From the human T2T-CHM13v2.0 reference genome, Homo sapiens, in NCBI RefSeq assembly GCF_009914755.1, contig NC_060927.1: a stretch of DNA of 64,000 nt; one strand, 5' to 3'. Position 1 is the first letter of the stretch; every line of letters begins with the position of its first letter. The position numbers and the translations under genes are program-made. Below, piece by piece: positions 63,452 to 64,000 of the stretch. Below the pieces are notes generated by a model, which saw nothing but the letters and a program-made list of their open reading frames with translations, was not told the DNA's origin and did no database searches.

Positions 63452-63907
63452 ACATGCGTTTAATTGTGTCCCCGCTCCAAAATGTATATGTTGAAGCCCT
63501 AACCCCTAGTACCTCAGAATGTGGCCTTATTTGAAAATAGGGTCATTGCAAATATAATTAGTTTAGATGAGGTCAGTAAGATGGCCCTAATCCAATATAA
63601 TCGATTGCCTTATAAAAAGGAAAAATTTGTACACAGAGACATACACCCAGGAAGAGCACACGTGAAGATGAAGGCAGGGATTGAAGAAGCAGCACGGAGA
63701 TACTTCCACAAGCCAAGGAACACCAAAGATTAGGGACTGTCAAAGAATACCAAGGAATACCAAATCACTAGAAGCCAGGCAAGAAGCATGAAACAAATTT
63801 TCTCTCACAACCTTCAGAAAAAAACAACCCTTGACCTGAGACACCTTGATCTGAGAACACCTACTTCCCAGAACTGTGAGATAATACATTTCTGTTAAGT
63901 CGCCCAG
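63452..63907 (+). mobile_element. MaLR solo LTR, MLT1C/B-like
   Basis: aattgtgtcccc..tatgttgaagccctaacccctagtacctcagaatgtggccttatttgaaaatagggtc..cagaactgtgagataatacatttctgtt. Confidence 0.9.
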
Positions 63908-64000
63908 TGGATTAGTCAGGGTTTTTCAGAGAAACAAATCACATAAACAAAACTATATAGAGATTTATTATGAGGTGTTGATTCATGTGATTATGGAGGC
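63908..64000 (-). mobile_element. MLT2 (ERVL) LTR end, inserted in the MLT1 and running off the window
   Basis: tggattagtcagggtttttcagagaaaca..gagatttattatgagg..ttcatgtgattatggaggc. Confidence 0.85.

Overview
This is not microbial DNA. It is AT-rich, CpG-depleted primate non-coding sequence, almost certainly human, because an Alu with all five AluYa5 diagnostic changes sits at 1719-2001. More than half of the window is interspersed repeat: five Alus, several L1 copies (L1PA, L1PB, L1MA, L1MC), solo ERV1/ERVL/MaLR LTRs, hAT DNA transposons, and many MIR/L2/L3 relics. I found no credible protein-coding gene, RNA gene, CpG island or CRISPR array; the supplied ORFs are decayed L1/Alu frames or chance ORFs. 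I do not see a new multi-gene system. The most unusual signal is a set of DNA template-switch or repair scars inside old L1s. A ~390-bp piece of unique DNA (58616-59005) was copied 2.34 kb downstream into a 5'-inverted L1MA, with microhomology junctions and a 33-bp target duplication. The same L1 carries fold-back hairpins, a 51-bp tandem duplication lies beside the donor, and a second L1MA has two patchwork or fold-back insertions. Other points of interest are two orphan L1 5'UTRs, an octamer-rich LTR9B-like LTR, and a MER41B that has lost its STAT1 sites. Subfamily names come from recalled consensus sequences and mismatch counts were made by eye; both need confirmation with RepeatMasker/Dfam and alignment.
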